Assembly: GCF_030684315.1 (NCBI RefSeq)
Contig: NC_081384.1
Location: 22,358,818 to 22,422,817 of the forward strand
Direction: 5' to 3'
DNA: 64,000 nucleotides
Origin: Stegostoma tigrinum
Lineage: Eukaryota
Part shown: positions 39,060 through 52,406 of the stretch, piece after piece
Numbering within the stretch: position 1 is the first letter of the stretch
How the letters are laid out: each line of letters starts with the position of its first letter
Position numbers and translations under genes: made by a program
The notes under the pieces: generated by a model
Database searches by the model: none
Told to the model about the DNA's origin: nothing
Seen by the model: the letters and a program-made list of their open reading frames with translations, nothing else

Positions 39060-39720
39060 GTGCAGGCTGAAAATGCCATTGTCAGGGTCACTGTTGCCCT
39101 CACTTCCTATTCCAGCAGATTCTCACAGCTTGGAGTTTGCACTGCAACTCGGAAGACACTTCATTCCTGTAAACCAGAAGAAAGAAACTAATTGTTATTT
39201 CTCTAAGCCAAGAAAAATAACAGAAGAATGCAGGTGGCTTTGCCAATTTAAAAAGATTCCTAATGGTACAGTGCCATTGACTGTACTCATATGACTCTGT
39301 AGATACCACATCTCAATGAGGAGATATTCTACAACTGCAAAACACTTGATTTGTGTCCATGCCCAGGCCATTCCACTGGTGAATTGTTGCTAATCTGGCA
39401 GCAGTCCCAGTTCTTTCATTCCACACCAGTCAGTTATTCCAAGCAATTTTGAGCTATTATATTCACCTGGAGTGTAATGGCTGCTGGAAACAAGATGTAT
39501 TCATTGTGCAACTGGCTGATGACTTCCCTCTGCAGCCAACTACTCATGGACATTACTGCTAGAATGACAACCATGCAATGACATGGAATTTTGTGGAGCA
39601 GACTACAATCTTTGCCAATGTTGTATATCTCTGTTTTTCTTCTGCTCAGAAAGTCTTTTCTAGCAACTAAGGGCATCCATTGCAGTCGGCATGGACCTCT
39701 CCTTCTAAAGATGCAATCTG
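39060..39720 (+). pseudogene. PIF/Harbinger DDE transposase (HARBI1-like) fossil
   Basis: VRVTVALTSYSS (cf. VKVTVALNFYASG), AIDCTHM at 39273-39293 (cf. GAIDCTHI) and GNKMYSLCNWLMTSL at 39486-39530 (cf. GDKGYPL..WLMTP), in the correct order and frameshifted. Confidence 0.75.
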
Positions 39721-41639
39721 AGTTTGAGAATTGAAGGATTGCTCTATTTGGTGCTAACCTTACGTAGACCTCAGACTGTTATTTTCGTGTTAGTGCCAGT
39801 GATAGTGTCATGCAGTGCTAGTGTTACAACTTCTGGAACAGAAGGTCAGGCCTCATTTCCAACATTCTCCGTGTATCATAATATGTGGCTAATTAAAACT
39901 ACCTATTGCTTCTCAGCAACTCTGGACTGCACACCAGAATCATAGAAGTGTTCAGGGTGACAGACATTTGTGTGCTGCCTGCATCAATTCCATCTATCGG
40001 ATGGGAAATTGCACACAATAAACAAAGTACTCACTTGCCCCTTTTAGTATTTCCCACCATATCTACAATTTTTCTCTTCCTGTCAATGTGGTTTAAGTTG
40101 CAAATCATGGAAAAGTAGAATTTTAGCCATTGTAATTTGGGTTATTGGTTGCTAGTATCAGTACTGTCTAGTTTTCCAATGGGATTAATGTCCTTTGCTT
40201 AGCTTTTCCTTTAACAAACCATTTGGTTATTCAAGCACAGACTTAGAATCACAGAATAGAATTCAACAGTCATAAAATACTGAGGAGTAACATTCAGCAC
40301 ATTTTTCATGTACCAGCTTTTTGGAAAAGCAATGTGATTAACTTCACACATTCATTATTTCTGCCACTGCCCTACAAATTTTTCGTATTGGCGGATCTTG
40401 AAAGATATAATTTCTGAAAATTACTAGTGAAATCTTGAAGACTGGAACAATGCCTTATTTCACTGTAGAATAGGTACCCACAGAATTGACAATCAACCAT
40501 CCTTACTGGTATATTGTGGAATTGGAACAATAACAATACTCTTTCAGCTTTCTCATTTAAAAAATACTAATAACTTGATATGAGTTTAAAAGCAATGAAC
40601 TTTTTAAATGTTTACTAATTCAGTTAAACATCCTTTGTCTGTGAAGTTGGCAACCCTGTTCTTTAATTTAGCATCTGTGAGAAGCCAGAAATCACACTGC
40701 ATCAACACCAAACGTACCACACAAGAGGGACAAACAAGAGACCTGCTGTACATTTTTTTTAGATAAAGATTCTTATCCTTGTTAATGTATGGATGCATGA
40801 ATTCTGGCAGCTTTTCTACACTTTCACAAATGGCCAGTATTTCTTTTGGAGCTCAGATGGTATTGTGAGGCTGTTCACAAATGGAGGTCACACATGCACT
40901 TTACAATTAAGGCTCACTGGATCATTGTTGGAAACCCTGACTATTTTTCTGTCTATCCTTCACAGCACATTGAAGGGAGGTCTACTTCCAGTGGCATACA
41001 ATACACATACAATATTGCACTCATTGGAGATCAGCACAGAAATGGGAATCAGAGCCAGGATTTGCTGGTTTATATGGTTTAGTTTACATTAAAATAAAGT
41101 GAAATGCCTTAATTTGTAGGCAAAATGAATAATCATGAATCTGCCAATTCATTCTGCCACATGCTCTGCTGTTTACTGAACATTGGATGACCATCATTAA
41201 CTGTGATCTAGATGAGTTAAAGTGATCACAGTGTGAAATGATAATAGCATAATTACTACTTAAATTCAAGTTTGTACAAATGTTCAACTTAATTATTTGG
41301 CATGCCATGTCACACATGCATGAGGTTATAAAATAATGGCAGAAGATAAAACAGAGACATGCTTGCCAGAATACTACTTTAAAAGTTCAGGAGCTGGGTC
41401 CATCTCAGGCTACAGGGATTTACCTAACATACAGAAGCAATTCTTTGGTAGTGTTAAAGCAAAAGACAAAAGCAGAAATAATAATGCTTTTTAGTGCATT
41501 TTGAATATGTCAACATTCTAGAAGAAACTATAGATCGGATTTTATTTAGTCCAGCTATATCTGCACTGTGGTTACAACAGCAGGGCAGAGGCCAGTTACT
41601 TTGATGGCTGACTCACATTTTAAAGCTTTTCCACTGTGT

Positions 41640-42140
41640 AAAGGCTAAAGTCAGGACTGTGATGGAAAATAGACTACTTTTCTGGAAAGTTACAACCTCT
41701 ACTGTTAAGAAGCACAACGTCATCCAAGACAAAAGACTGTGCTATATTGACACCCTTATTATTGGACTTGATAACTATTCCTTTGACACTGGGACATTGT
41801 AGCCACAGTATCTACAATCTACAGCAAGCACTGGTGGAACTCACCAAGAATATTTCAACAAAACTTCCTCACTCTATAACATTACCGTAGAAAGGATTAT
41901 GGAAAGCACCCACACCATCATTTTTGAATCCACTCCATATCACATGCCATTCTGGCTTGGCCATATATTACCATTCTTTCACCACTGTTTAGTCAATATC
42001 ATACAACTCCCCACCCAAATCTAATATTGGAACAACATCACTACAAAACTCCTGAAATTCTAGAAGACCAAACACTATTTCAGAATAACTAAAGATGACT
42101 AATAACTAGAACGTTCCCAGTGGCACCTACAAATCAACAG
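41640..42140 (+). mobile_element. Old 3' fragment of the tRNA-headed LINE family
   Basis: AAAGTCAGGACTGTGATGGAAAAT...ATCTACAGCAAGCACTG, homologous to 46420-46920. Confidence 0.6.
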
Positions 42141-43350
42141 TAGACTATTTTTAAAAATCAGATGTGATGTCAGATCTGTGCGTCTTTCAGGATCCTTTCT
42201 TCAAGCAGCTAAGTGTGTCATGGAGAACATGAAAGCCAGGATCCATGGACCTTCCAGTTAAAATGTAGTGAACAAATTTCTACTTGCACACCACCAGAAA
42301 TAACACTGGCCATCATTCTAATTGCTTTGGCTGGTGCATTTTCTTCGGGGATTAGCAATAGTGGAGCAGCCAAAGTCAATTCTGTGTAATTAGCCTTTAG
42401 TCAAATACCTAAGTGGGATTTAAAACAATAGAGAAAGTTAGATGCAAACAGGAAATGCAGGAATTCAAATTATAATGTAGCGTTCCCAAGTCTGACAAAT
42501 ATGAACATTAAAGCAATGGTTTTCCTGTCATCTCCAATATATGTCCTGAATTGTTAATCATATCCAGAGGGTCTGATAATAGTATATTAAATCACTATTA
42601 TTTCACTATTATCATCATAATCTATTTATAAAGGCAGGGTGCCAATATGTTCAATGACTAACAATGAAAAGTATCTCAGTAATTCTGAAGTAACATGTTT
42701 TACCATTATGAATGGTTTTGTTACAGTTTGGCTCAGAACTATGATTCATGCCTGTAGCTGACAGTTTCATATATCAAGCAAATTAGGAGTCTCAGTACTG
42801 AAGTTACCCTTTCAAATCTATCACTTTCTCATTTATATCACACATGGGGCTGAAGTTTACAGGCAGCCATTCCATTTTAGATTCCACCGCCCCCTGAAAG
42901 GGAAGTTGGCCCTGAGTGAATTGACTCTATACAGGGATACTTTGCAGATACAACATGTGCCGAATGGATTCAACTGAGGAGAAGAGATAGAAGGGGTTTC
43001 TGGGTTTTAAAGGTTAGACAGGAAGGCGTACAATGGCGAAGGTTAGGGGAGATAGGGTTGTAGAGGGTGATCCTCCAATGTATGCAGTACACTCTCCAAA
43101 GGAGTAAACTCCTTTCATCCAGTTTTTCATAAAAGTTGATGAAAAATGCTCTAACCAGTCTCTCGCCAGCAGGGTTTTATGTCAGTGAAGTTGGACTTAA
43201 GTCCTTATGCGGGCAACAATAAGCTACTTAAAGAATCAATAGGCTTATGGGCAGGCAGCTTGAAGGGTGCCCTAGCTAAAGGTTGCAAAGGGTGGCAGGA
43301 AGATAGTGGGCAAGCCACCTAACATATTCGATGTCCTATCTACATAGGGT

Positions 43351-46300
43351 GGGCAATAGCCTCATGGCATTATCGGTAGACTATTAATCCAGAAGCCCAG
43401 CTGATGTTCTGGGATCAGGGAAATCCCACCATGGCAGATGGGGGAATTTGAATTCAAAATTTTTTTTTAAATGTCTGGAATTAAAAATCAACTGATCACC
43501 ATGAAATCATTGCCAATTGTTGGAAAAAAACATCAGGTTCGCTATGGTCCTTCAGGGGAGGAAATCTGCCACCCTCACCTGGCAAAGCCGACACGATACT
43601 CCAAACACACAGCAAATGTGGTTGACTCTCAATTGTCCTCTGAAATGGCCGAGAGAACCACTCAGTTGTACCAACCGCAACAAAGTCTCAGAGAAACGAA
43701 ACTGGGCAGATCACCGGGCATTGACCTAGGCACCGGAAAAGACAACGGCAGAAGCAGCCCTGTCAACCATGCAAATTCTCCCTCACTAACATCTGAGGGT
43801 TACTGCCAAATTGGGACCGCTGTCTGACAGACTGGTTAAGCAACATCCTGACGTACTCATACTCATAGAATCATACCTTGCGGGCAACATCCCTGACACC
43901 ATCATTACCATCCCAGGATATGTCCTGTCCCACAGGCAGGACAAACCCAACAATGTTGGCAACACAGTGGTATACAGTCGGGAGGGTGTTGCTCTAGGAT
44001 TCCTCAACATTGACTCCAGGCCCCATGAAAATAAAGTTAAATGAGGGCAAAGAAACCTCCTGCTGATTATGACATTCTGTCCTCCCTCAGCTGATGAATT
44101 AGTACTCCTCAATGTTGAACAACACGTAGAGGAAGCGCTTGTCATAGCAAGGGCACAAAGTGTACTCTGGGTGGGGGATTTCAAAGCCCACCACCCAGAG
44201 TGGCTCAGCAGCAGTACTACTGATCGAGCTGGTCGGGCCCTATCGGGCATAGCTGCTAGACTGGGTCTCTGGGAGGGGGTGAGGGAACCAACATTAGGGA
44301 AAAAAAACATACTTCAACTTATCCTTATCAATCTGCCAGCTGCGGTTGTACCTGTCCTTGACAATATTGGTAAGTGTGGCCATCTCCACAAGGACTGTGC
44401 AATGAAGTCCTGCCTTCACATTGAGAATAACCTCCATCATGTTGTGTTGCACAATCACTGTGCTAAATGGGACAGACTTTGCACTGATCTAGCAACTCAA
44501 GACTGGACATCCATGAGGTGCTGTGGGCCATCAACAGCAGCAGAATTGTACTCCAGCGCACTCTGTAACCTCATGGCCCGGCATATCCCCCACTCAACCT
44601 TTACCATCAGGCCAGGGGATCAACTCTGGTTCAATGGACAGTTCGGGAGGGGAAGATTGGAGCAGCAACAGGCATACTTGAAGATGAGGTATCAACCAGA
44701 TGAAGCCACCAAACAGGAATACTTGCATGCCAAACGGGGAAAGCAGCAAGTGATAGAAAGAGCTGAGCAATCCCACAACCAACAGATCAGATCTAAGCTC
44801 TGCAGACCTGCCACATCCAGTTGTAAATGGTGGTGGACAATTAAACAACTCACTGGAGGACGAGGCTCCACAAATATCCACATCCTCAATGATGGAAGAG
44901 CCCAGCACAACAGTGCAAAAGCTAAGGCTGAAGCATTTGCAGCAATCTTCAGCCAGAAGTGCTGAGTGGATGAGCCATCTCATTCTCCTTCAGTGGTCCC
45001 CAGCATCACAGATACCAGGCTTCAGCCAATTCGATCACTCCACATGATACCGAGAAATGGTTGGAGACACTGGATACTGCAAAGGCTATGGGCCCTGACA
45101 TTATTCGGGCAAGAGAACTGAAGACTTGTGTTCTAGAACTTAGTCAAGCTGTTCCAGTGTAGGTACAACTCTGGTATCTACTGGCAATGTAGAAAATTCC
45201 GCGAGTGTGTCCTGTACACAAAAGGCAGGACAAAATCAACCCAGCCAATTAATGCTCCATCCGTCTACTCTCAATCTTCAGTAAAGTGATGGAAGGTGTC
45301 ATCAACAGTGTTATCAAGCAGCATCTGCTGAGCAATAACCTGCCCAGAGACACCAATTTTGGAATCCGCCAGGGTCACTCAGCTCCTGACCTCATTACAG
45401 CCTTGGTTCAAACAAGGACACAAGAGCTGAATTCCAGAGGTGAGGCGAGAGTGACAACCTTTGACATCAAGTTTGCATTCGACCGAGTGTGGCACCAAGG
45501 AGCCCTAGCAAAACTGGAATCAATGATTATCGGGGCAAACGGTCTGGTGGTTGGAGTCATACCTGACAAGCAGGAAGATGCTCATGGTTCATAGAATTAT
45601 AAAACCCTACAGTATGGAAACAGGCCCTTTGGCCCAACAAGTCCACACCGAGCCTTGGAACATCCCACCCAGACTCATCCCCTTGTAGCCCACCTAAGCT
45701 ACACATGCCTGAATACTAAGGGAAATTTAGCCTGGCCAATCCACCTAACCTGCACATCTTTGGACTGTGGGAGGAACCTGGAGCACCCAGAGGAAACCCA
45801 CGCAGACCCGGGGACAATGTGCAAACTCCACACAGACAGTTGCCTGAGGGTGAAATTGAACCTGGGTCACTTGCACTGTGTGGCAGCAGTGCTAACCACT
45901 GAGCCACTGTGCAGCCCCGAATGGTTGTTGGAGGTCAATCATCTCAGCCCAGGATATCTCTGCAGGAGTTCCCCAGGGTAATGTCCTCAGCCCAACCAGT
46001 TTCAGCTGCTTCATCAATGACCTTTCCTCCATCATAAGGTCAGAAGTAGGGATGTTTGCTGATGATTGCATAATGTTCAACTATTCATTACTCCTTAGAT
46101 ACTGAAGCAGCCCGTGTTCATATGCAACAAGATTTGGACAATATCCGGCTTGGGCTGACAAGTGGCAAGTGACATTCATGCCACACAAATGCCAGGCTAT
46201 GACCATCACCAATTACAGACATTCTAACCACCATCCCTGGACACTCAATGGTGTTACCATCACTGTATCCCCCACTATCAACATCTTGGGTGTTATCATT

Positions 46301-46925
46301 GACTGGCAACTCAACTGGAGCAACCACATAACACAGTGATTACAAGAGCAGGCCTGAAGCTAAGAATACTGCAGTGAGTAACTCACCTCCTGACTCCTCA
46401 AATTATGTCCACCATCTACAAGGCACAAGTCAGGAGTGTGATGGAATATTCCCCACTTGCCTGGATGAGTGCAGGCCCAACAACAATCAAGAGGCTCCAC
46501 ACATCCAGCACAATGTAGCCTGCTTAATTTGCATTGCTTCCACAAACATCTACTCCCTCTACTACATACACTCAACCACAGCAGCGTATACAATCTACAA
46601 GATGAACTGCAGAAATTCACCAAAGATCCTGAGACAGCACCTTCCAAACCCATGACCACTTCCATCAGAAGGACAAGGGCAGCATACATATGAGAACGCC
46701 ACTGCTTCCAAGTTCCCTTTCAAGACACTCATCATTCTGACTTGGAAACATACGCCATTCCTTCACTGGGTCAAAATCCTGAAATTCCCTGCCCAATAAC
46801 ATTGTGAGTCAACCTACAGCAGGTGGACTGCAGCGGTTCAAGAAGGCAGCTCACAAACACTTTCTCTCGGGATGGGCAAGAAATACTGGCCAGTCAGCAA
46901 CGACCACATCCCATAAATGAATAGA
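43351..46925 (+). mobile_element. Near full-length non-LTR retrotransposon (CR1-group, APE plus RT) with a tRNA-like 5' head
   Basis: APE motifs PDVLILIES and VLWVGDFKAHH. RT motifs FGIRQGHS, FDIKFAFDRVWH, GVPQG and FADD (46055-46066). 3' end CCACATCCCATAAATGAAT. Multiple stops and frameshifts. Confidence 0.92.
45590..45918 (-). mobile_element. HE1-type SINE nested in the LINE RT region
   Basis: Reverse complement of 20438-20760, flanked by ATGGTT at 45584-45589 and 45921-45926. Confidence 0.9.
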
Positions 46926-47093
46926 GAAAAAAAAACCCACTGAACTAATACCCAGTAAGGGTCTATAAGATTGAAGTGCTGATATGAGGAGTTCCCTCTG
47001 TGCCAACAGAGACGGTTTCAAATGAATTTGGTTTCAGTTACTCTATATACCTTTTTGAGCACATGATTCTCTCATATACAAATAATTAGAAAT

Positions 47094-47190
47094 TTCTGAA
47101 GAAGAGTCTAGACCCGAAACATCATCTTTCCTGCTCCTCTGATGCTGCTTGGCCTGCTGCGTTCATCCAGCTCTACACCTTGTTGTCTCA
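47094..47190 (+). mobile_element. PLE 3'-end fragment starting at a hammerhead-like core
   Basis: CTGAAGAAGAGTCTAGACCCGAAACATC (47096-47123), then CCTGCTCCTCTGATGCTGCTTGGCCTGCTG. Confidence 0.8.
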
Positions 47191-47529
47191 CTAACCTGAG
47201 ATTCTGGATTGCTGGACAAGTGACATTCCCACCATACCATCACCAGTCCGGCATCATTGGTAATTTCTAATCAATTAAGCAATGTTATGTGGATGGCTAT
47301 TGCTAGTAATGCAGAAGTCACATTGAATAATCTTTTGAGATCAAGGGTAATAAACTAGAAGGACAGTGCAGGGAAACATACCCTAAATTTTGTTATATAG
47401 ATAGCCATAATTATTTGAAAGGATATTCAAAACAATTCTACTTTGCAATGCAACTGTTCCTCAAGAAGATTAACATCAACCAGAAAGATCTAGAGCTAAC
47501 TACTTCCCACTTGGGTCATGTAATAAATA

Positions 47530-48165
47530 AGATTCTTATTTATTAGAATATCCTTTATTCTCATGTATGCTCAAGTACAGAAGTATATCACCTCTTATGG
47601 TGCCTTGGTACAAATCTTAGATACAAAAGAGGACTAAAACAGGAAAGTAGTTGCATTACTTTACAGTAGTTCATAGCATAAGTTAGTAACATGTCATAGT
47701 TAAGAAGCTAGACATAACAGTCAGATAGACAAATTACAAATAAACATTACACTGCAGTAGCTCAGCGCAGGGGCTTCCACACATGCTGTAACCACCCATG
47801 CCAGACCGCCATCCAAAAACTGTTCCCGCTCCACTCCAAGCCTCCAGTCCACTCCGCATCGATTCTCTCAGTTGTTCTAAAGTAAGTTTTCTCCAGGACT
47901 TGCTTCCCTGTGCTAGCCTCCGCTCCAGAATTCGATTCCCCACACTGGCCTCCACTCGGGGCTCGATTCCCCACTCAGCCTTCTCTCTGGGACTGCTTCC
48001 CCGTACTGGCATCCGCTCGAGAATTTGCCCCTGAGTTCGGCGGCTCCTCCATTTAAGTCCAGGTCAAAAATTGAAAAGAAAAGCACAGAAAAGGAAGAAA
48101 GAAAGTTGGGGTGGGGGGCAAGAAAAAGAATGGGTGGAACAGAGGAGCTCTGGCTGGAAGCAACC
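47530..48165. repeat. Unclassified CpG-rich interspersed repeat
   Basis: Local GC/CpG island with short internal repeats (TCGATTCCCCAC, CTGCTTCCC, CCGCTC.AGAATT) in AT-rich context. No recognisable domain. Confidence 0.35.
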
Positions 48166-48387
48166 TGATATCCCAATGGAATAGTTTCCAGCAAGATATC
48201 AACAACTTTGAAGGCTTAGTATATTAGTGAATAGGACAAACAAACAATGATGCAAAGTGAATCATTTTAATGAAGATCTCAAATGGGAAAGTGAAACTTT
48301 TGTAATTTATTAGTCAATATTTTAAAAGGTTAAAGAAATAAAGTATATTTATTTGTATAGATATTCAGCATTGTCACGCTTGCTTAA

Positions 48388-48560
48388 TAGAGAAAGAGAG
48401 ACAACTGGTGGTGATTTAACCTGAGGGTCATTATGCCTTAGACAACAGGAAGACATTGAGAAAAAGCATCCTTCACGGCAACCTCAGCCAGTGCAGGAAC
48501 TGAACACTATTTGTATCAGTCTTCGTTGCTAACCTGGCAAGTGAGCTAACCAAACCCCAT
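48388..48560 (-). mobile_element. tRNA-derived SINE
   Basis: The minus strand starts GGGGTTTGGTTAGCTCAC and ends ACCACCAGTTGTCTCTCT. Confidence 0.55.
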
Positions 48561-48569
48561 TGCTTTTCA

Positions 48570-48940
48570 GGTATTTTAAAGGTCTTTACAACATTATAGA
48601 TCTTCAATAAAGTATTCACTGTTGATGTTGTAACACAGGAAATATGCCAGTCAGTTTACACATAGCAAGCTCCAACAAATCATGACGAGACAGTCATTAG
48701 ATAATCAATTTTTGTGACATTGATTGGCAGACCCTTGCATCATTTTCTAAAAATGATTCTTGTGGACCAACCTGAGACAGCAAATGGCGTTTGGTATCTT
48801 GTTCCACAGATGGCACTTTCAATAAGTGCAGTACTCTCTCAGAGTGTCGGTGTGGCATATAATTTTTCCACCTTCTGGAATTAGAGGTTAACCCAAGACC
48901 TTCACACTCATGCAAAAGTACTTTTGTTGAGCCACTGCTA
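48570..48940 (-). mobile_element. Ancient DeuSINE-like element
   Basis: GATGGCACTTTCAATAAGTGCAGTACTCTCTCAG central domain, plus a tRNA-like head near 48890-48940. Confidence 0.5.
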
Positions 48941-50094
48941 AACATCAAAAGGCAGCAATAACGTACTAATTCATGACCACATTAGAAACTAATTCAAATG
49001 CCATATTCGCTAAGTTCCCTCCGAAATTAGCTTTTGAGGAAGATGGGTAATTTTACAATGTAAGCACTTGAAAGTTTATAAACTACATTTAATCAAGTAA
49101 TTCATCCAGTTTTCCCATCTTGCAACAACAGCAAATTCAAAACTTTCTTGGGATTGTGTTTTCTTTTATTTTGGCTTAAATAAATTCCTATTCTGGCTGA
49201 ACTTTGTGTAATTTGTGAGCTATTGACTAACATTTTTCAAGGAAAAGAGAAAGCACAAGGGACATTAACAGTCACTGGAAATCAAAGTTTTTCAATCACT
49301 CTGTATACCTAAGTAGAGACTTTCTGCCGCACGGTTGAAATTTGCATGCACAGCCTGTGATTTTTGGTCCATTAGAATTAATGGCTGGAACATGAATGGA
49401 AATCAGCAGTTGAATTGTGCAGTTTTTCATCCTGCATTCATGTGTGACAACAGTGATGAAACAAAAAAATTCCCTGTTTTCATACACTACTTGTTTAAAA
49501 TTAATGGAGCCTATATCATCCATTATAATAGAATCTCCAAGTTTTAGTCTTGCCGATACAATAGAACAAAATCCTCAACCTGGATTGAAGACAAGCACAG
49601 TACAGCTCCAATTTGATTCACCCTGGAGATGAATAGAATATAAAGAACAAAGGAAGCTTCGCAATGTGGAGCCCCAACAAGGCTTTATAACATGCTAATT
49701 TTTTCAGTTGATAGGACTGTGGATTCTGAATTTCCACAATACAGTAGAAATAAGAATTGCTGTTTGGAATGAATGCTTTCAAGCTCTGGATACACCCTCT
49801 CATGGAATTGAGTCTAATTAATGTAAGACCTTATCTACAGATTCTCTGGAGTAACAGCACTAAGAAGGCCAACATTTATTGCCAATCATTATCCTGTGCA
49901 AGCTTGAACAGTTCCACTGTTTTACTGATTCATTCAAATACCAAGAAAACATTTTCAAATATATTGTGACTGAAATGGCTATTATCAATGCAAAAGAGAA
50001 CAATAACTGTATAAAACTACAACGTTTTTCTTTCATTGATTTAAAACTATTCATCTTATATTGTGGTAAACTGCACTGCAGCAATGCACCAATG

Positions 50095-50395
50095 GTCCTT
50101 CAATAACACCTTCTAAAGCCACAAATACGACCAGCAAGAAGAACAAGAAGGACAAACACAAGGGAATATCAGCAGATGCAAGTTTCCCTTCAAGTCATAT
50201 GCTATCTTGACTTGGAAACATTTTGCCATTCCTTCACTGTTACGGGACAAAATTCCTGAAATTCTCTCCCTACTTCACTGTGGAATATCTGCTGCAGGTG
50301 ACTGCAATGGTTCAAGAGGTGATTCAAGAGTAATTAAGGGTGGGCATCACATGCTGGTCTTGCCAGCAAAGCTCACATCCAAAGAATGAATTAAA
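50095..50395 (+). mobile_element. 3' fragment of the tRNA-headed LINE family
   Basis: TGACTTGGAAACA..GCCATTCCTTCACTG...CACATCCAAAGAATGAAT. Confidence 0.7.
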
Positions 50396-50783
50396 AAGAG
50401 AACTGTTGCCTCAGTAATTATTTGAGTACATAAACTGTGATTACTTCACAAACTTAATCGTTCAATCAATTCAGTGGCCAGGAGTGCCACAGCAGCAATG
50501 TTTACCTCCACATGTAGAGGGTAAAGGAAACAATACAAATTCAATAAAACTGCCATTCACTGACATTAAAAAAGGGAGCATTTCCTACATAGTAATCTCA
50601 CCTTGAAACAGAAATAACTCCTATAGGGAGACTTCCTTCACTCATGCAGTTTGCAAATCAATTGATTCCTTTGAGCACAGTCTCCCAGATATTCACTGCT
50701 CCTTATATGCTGGTATTGCCTTTTTCCATCAACTTGAGGTGGACAAAACTGATGCGGAAATGAGCATCCAAAGTCTTTTCAAA

Positions 50784-50995
50784 ATAACAAAGTGTGGGGC
50801 TGGGTGAACACAGCAGGCCAAGCAGCATCTTAGGAGCACAAAAGCTGACGTTTTGGGCCTAGACCCTTCATCAGAAAAGGGTCTAGGCCCGAAATGTCAA
50901 CTTTTGTGTTCCTAAGATGCTGCTTGGCCTGCTGTGTTCATTCAGCTCCACACTTTGTTATCTCGGATTCTCCAGCATCTGCAGTTCCCATTATC
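50784..50995. mobile_element. Young miniature palindromic PLE (about 210 bp)
   Basis: About 85-bp near-perfect inverted arms meet at the hammerhead region, with the tail on the right arm. 10-bp TSD TCTTTTCAAA at 50774-50783 and 50996-51005. Confidence 0.92.
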
Positions 50996-52406
50996 TCTTT
51001 TCAAAGTATAAAACTTTTCAATTAATCTGATTTGTCATTTATAAAGTTGACAAGGAAGGACACTGTCAGGTGTTGATGTTATGAATAACCTTAAAGTTTT
51101 CTATTATTTAGATTTTGTAACTCAAAATCTATTTTCAATGGTGTTCTGTGGCAAAAAGTGGAAGATTGTTGTAAAGTGTTCCTTTGCAATTGTAAGCAAA
51201 ATCCAATGTGTTCAAATTTTCTTCCAGTGACTTGAAGAAATTGGTAAAGTTCACCCCATACAGTACCAGCTCTGACAATTTAGAGAGAAGTGAATTTCAT
51301 GATACCATTGGAAAGTCGTGGCTTTGATAAAATTTCATCAGAAATCTAATGATGGCTCAGAAAAAAGGATCCTAAAAAGACAACCACTTTTATGTCTCAT
51401 GTCATCCAAATGGACCAGATACTTAAAATATGGCAGGAAACTAAGGTGATATTTTACCAAATCTAAGTTAGAACCATCTCTTCCCACCTAACTACTCTGA
51501 ACTCTGACACTTCTGACATACATTCACTAACTTCTGAGCAGCCAATTCTGTACAGAATTATACCATGAATAGAATTTTACTCTGCCTACTTATTCAAAAC
51601 ATGGTTTCAACACATGAACGAGACATGAACTGGTCCTTGGCTTAACCATTATCATTTGGCAACAAATGATACAATGTGACTCATCTAGTCTACTGGTCTA
51701 GATGTCACAAATGTTCCCTTCCTGGGTTGTTATGGCTAGAAAGTTATGTTTCTTGTCAAACAATTCCAATAATCTCAACAATCTTCAGTCATTTCAGTTT
51801 TATAGAACTCTGCCTGGCTTCAAGAGGTAGAAACCTAAAAAAAATGCTTGTATTTTGGACACAAAATTAGTTTCTAAGCTTTCTTTTATTGGTCATTTGA
51901 GTCATCCATGGAAAATCCATTTTACTCCGCTACAGCTCCATAAAACTGAAATCTGAGATCCAGTTCAAGCATTTCCTTTTGCCTCACCATCCTGATGCAG
52001 TCGTTGTATCCAAAATATATATCAACAGTTGACACATCTGCATTCACAGGCTAAGATTCCAAAAAGATTGAGGGAAAATTCAGCTAATTGAAGTGAATTT
52101 ATCAATATTGGAACAAATGATTGTTTTCCTCTCCAGTGACTATATTCTGTAATTGATGGAAACACCATGACTATTTTAATAATGAATTTGCGGTGTACGT
52201 ATTTTAGCTCCTAAAATAAATTGGCGCAATGCCATTTGATCTGCCGATTTGACTGATGCTATGGTGATCCTATTTACATTCATTGCTGTCTCATTAATAA
52301 TCTATGGAATAGGTTAAGATTGCAGTTGGATCAAATAGGCAATTGCTCTTGTTGGTCCTCCTATTCCTCTCCTACACAGGAATGGCATTAGCAAGATAAG
52401 GCAACA

